A stretch of 64,000 bases of DNA from positions 124,001-188,000 of the forward strand of contig OW569379.1 in assembly GCA_937625935.1 (NCBI GenBank). Direction: 5' to 3'. This DNA comes from Tetramitus jugosus. Its lineage: Eukaryota; Protista; Heterolobosea. Below are positions 62,547-64,000 of the stretch, one piece after another (positions within the stretch are counted from its first letter, which is position 1; every line of letters starts with the position of its first letter). The position numbers and the translations under genes are program-made. The notes under the pieces were generated by a model. That model did not search any database. It was not told the origin of the DNA and saw nothing but the letters and a program-made list of their open reading frames with translations.

Positions 62547-64000
62547 ATGGACTATGATGAAGGATTGCACGATGTAAACACACATGCAAGCAGCTCTTCA
62601 AGCGCAGCCCTCACTAGTCACCAAAGAGTTATTATATGTTTCGATTTGGATTGTTTTTTCGTTCAAGTCGAACAGCACAGAAATCCATCCTTGCTGAAGA
62701 GCCATTCTCTGATCGCAGTGCAGCAACATGACGATTTGATTGCTATTAGTTATGCTGCAAGAAAACGAGGTGTCCAAAAACATGACACACCACAAATTGC
62801 ACTGCAAAAGTGCCCCGAATTGAAGCTCGTGCATGTTCCCATGTTTCCCTCGACATCTAAAGTGACCTATCAACACTATCGATCTCACAGTCAATCAATC
62901 TTTCAGTTTATTGTGCAATATTTGAAAACAGATGCGTTGTTCAAGCGTTTTCATGCTGGTCCAATGGAAAAGGCCAGCATTGATGAAGCGTTTATCGATG
63001 TGACAAAGTTGAGTCATGGACTAGCATCGTGTGTCGATCAGGTGGACCGTATCGATGAACTTTGCGATAGATTGAATTGTGAGACAGTGCCATTGCCAGG
63101 CGAGAAAAAGATTGATTATTGTGAACTGAAAAGGGCAATCATTGCACGGAATAAGCGAAACGCGAATAAGGATCACACAAAATCAGATGAAAGTAGTAAT
63201 AGTGGAAGTGAGAATGATGATGATGGAATTGACCTGTTGCTATCCTGTCTTGAGAGTTCAAGTGAACCACTAGAGACATCTACCAGTCGTGCAGTACACG
63301 ATAACGATTATTTCGATATTGATACCATCTCAGAACATGATGTTTTACTTTTCATGGGTAATATCGTTGCATTAAAGATCAGAGAAGCTGTTAAAGAGAA
63401 GCTTGATTATGAGGCCACCTGTGGTATAGCACCTAATAAGCTACTTGCGAAGTTGGCTTCATCTCTCCAGAAACCGAATAATCAAACTGTCGTATTTATG
63501 CATCAGATAAATGCGATACTCGAAATTACACCAATAGCCAAAATTCCAAAGCTAGCATCACACTTGGGGAGTCAAGACAATATGTTTCGATTTCTGGACA
63601 AGGTCGGAGAAGGTACAAAGTCAATGGCTGATTTACAAAGGTTAAAATTGAATGAACTTGATGATATGGTTGGAGAGAAGGCCAGTAACTTTTTGTTCAA
63701 CTGTGCAAGAGGAATAGACCGAGAATTAGTTGTGCAAAAAGGACCACCCAAGCAAGTTTCCGTCTCAATGAGTTTAACGCCAATTTCAAACGAACACATG
63801 CACGCTGTGAACAAGATTATTGGATTTTTGGCTTTGGAGATTGTGGAACGATTGAAGGAGGACAGAATTGAGTACCAAAGACATCCTTGCTCTATCCACT
63901 GCAAATATAGGTTGGTAGACTGTAAAGAGATATCGACGAACAGTTCGATTCTAAATTCCAAAATATGTGGAGATAAGAACAAAATACAAGAGATGATCTA
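62547..64000 (+). CDS. POLH: Y-family DNA polymerase, Pol eta-like (5' part; runs off the window end)
   Basis: Manual translation from ATG 62547 gives FDLDCFFVQVE, IAISYAARKRGV, CPELKLVHV, YR, EKASIDEAFIDVT and GIAPNKLLAKLAS..KPNNQT. Confidence 0.88.
   Translation, partial: MDYDEGLHDVNTHASSSSSAALTSHQRVIICFDLDCFFVQVEQHRNPSLLKSHSLIAVQQHDDLIAISYAARKRGVQKHDTPQIALQKCPELKLVHVPMFPSTSKVTYQHYRSHSQSIFQFIVQYLKTDALFKRFHAGPMEKASIDEAFIDVTKLSHGLASCVDQVDRIDELCDRLNCETVPLPGEKKIDYCELKRAIIARNKRNANKDHTKSDESSNSGSENDDDGIDLLLSCLESSSEPLETSTSRAVHDNDYFDIDTISEHDVLLFMGNIVALKIREAVKEKLDYEATCGIAPNKLLAKLASSLQKPNNQTVVFMHQINAILEITPIAKIPKLASHLGSQDNMFRFLDKVGEGTKSMADLQRLKLNELDDMVGEKASNFLFNCARGIDRELVVQKGPPKQVSVSMSLTPISNEHMHAVNKIIGFLALEIVERLKEDRIEYQRHPCSIHCKYRLVDCKEISTNSSILNSKICGDKNKIQEMI

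Overview
Gene-dense, AT-rich eukaryotic (protist) DNA with short intergenic spacers, short GT-AG introns (about 60-200 nt), and poly-N/Q/H/S low-complexity tracts. The gene repertoire (RCC1-repeat, RGS+START, F-box/SPRY, divergent Ras/Arf) suggests a heterolobosean (Naegleria-like) amoeba; this is an inference. About 35 protein genes are recognisable, including PLD, NOP53, SUN, CDK11, eIF3i, SRPRA, HutI, RPL7, RluB-type synthase, kinesin-3, Psf3, Arf, PEP synthase, DUF2828, TrmN6 and Pol eta. There are two identical dispersed 5S rRNA genes and one tRNA-Gly(GCC). Three observations stand out. (1) An apparently intact ~5-kb P-superfamily DNA transposon (51682-56670) has G8/C8 termini, asymmetric subterminal repeats and a probable 7-bp TSD. 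Its 1522-aa transposase is fused to a DEDDh exonuclease, CXC and SAP domains. (2) A 5'-truncated L1/Tx1-like non-LTR retrotransposon sits about 45-50 bp upstream of the tRNA-Gly gene. Behind it are one clear and one probable 3'-end relic of diverged relatives; the element and the clear relic share a 3'-UTR hairpin. This suggests repeated tRNA-targeted insertion. (3) A stem-loop with ACAGCAA and an anticodon-like loop lies directly upstream of the Ro60/TROVE-like DUF2828 gene.
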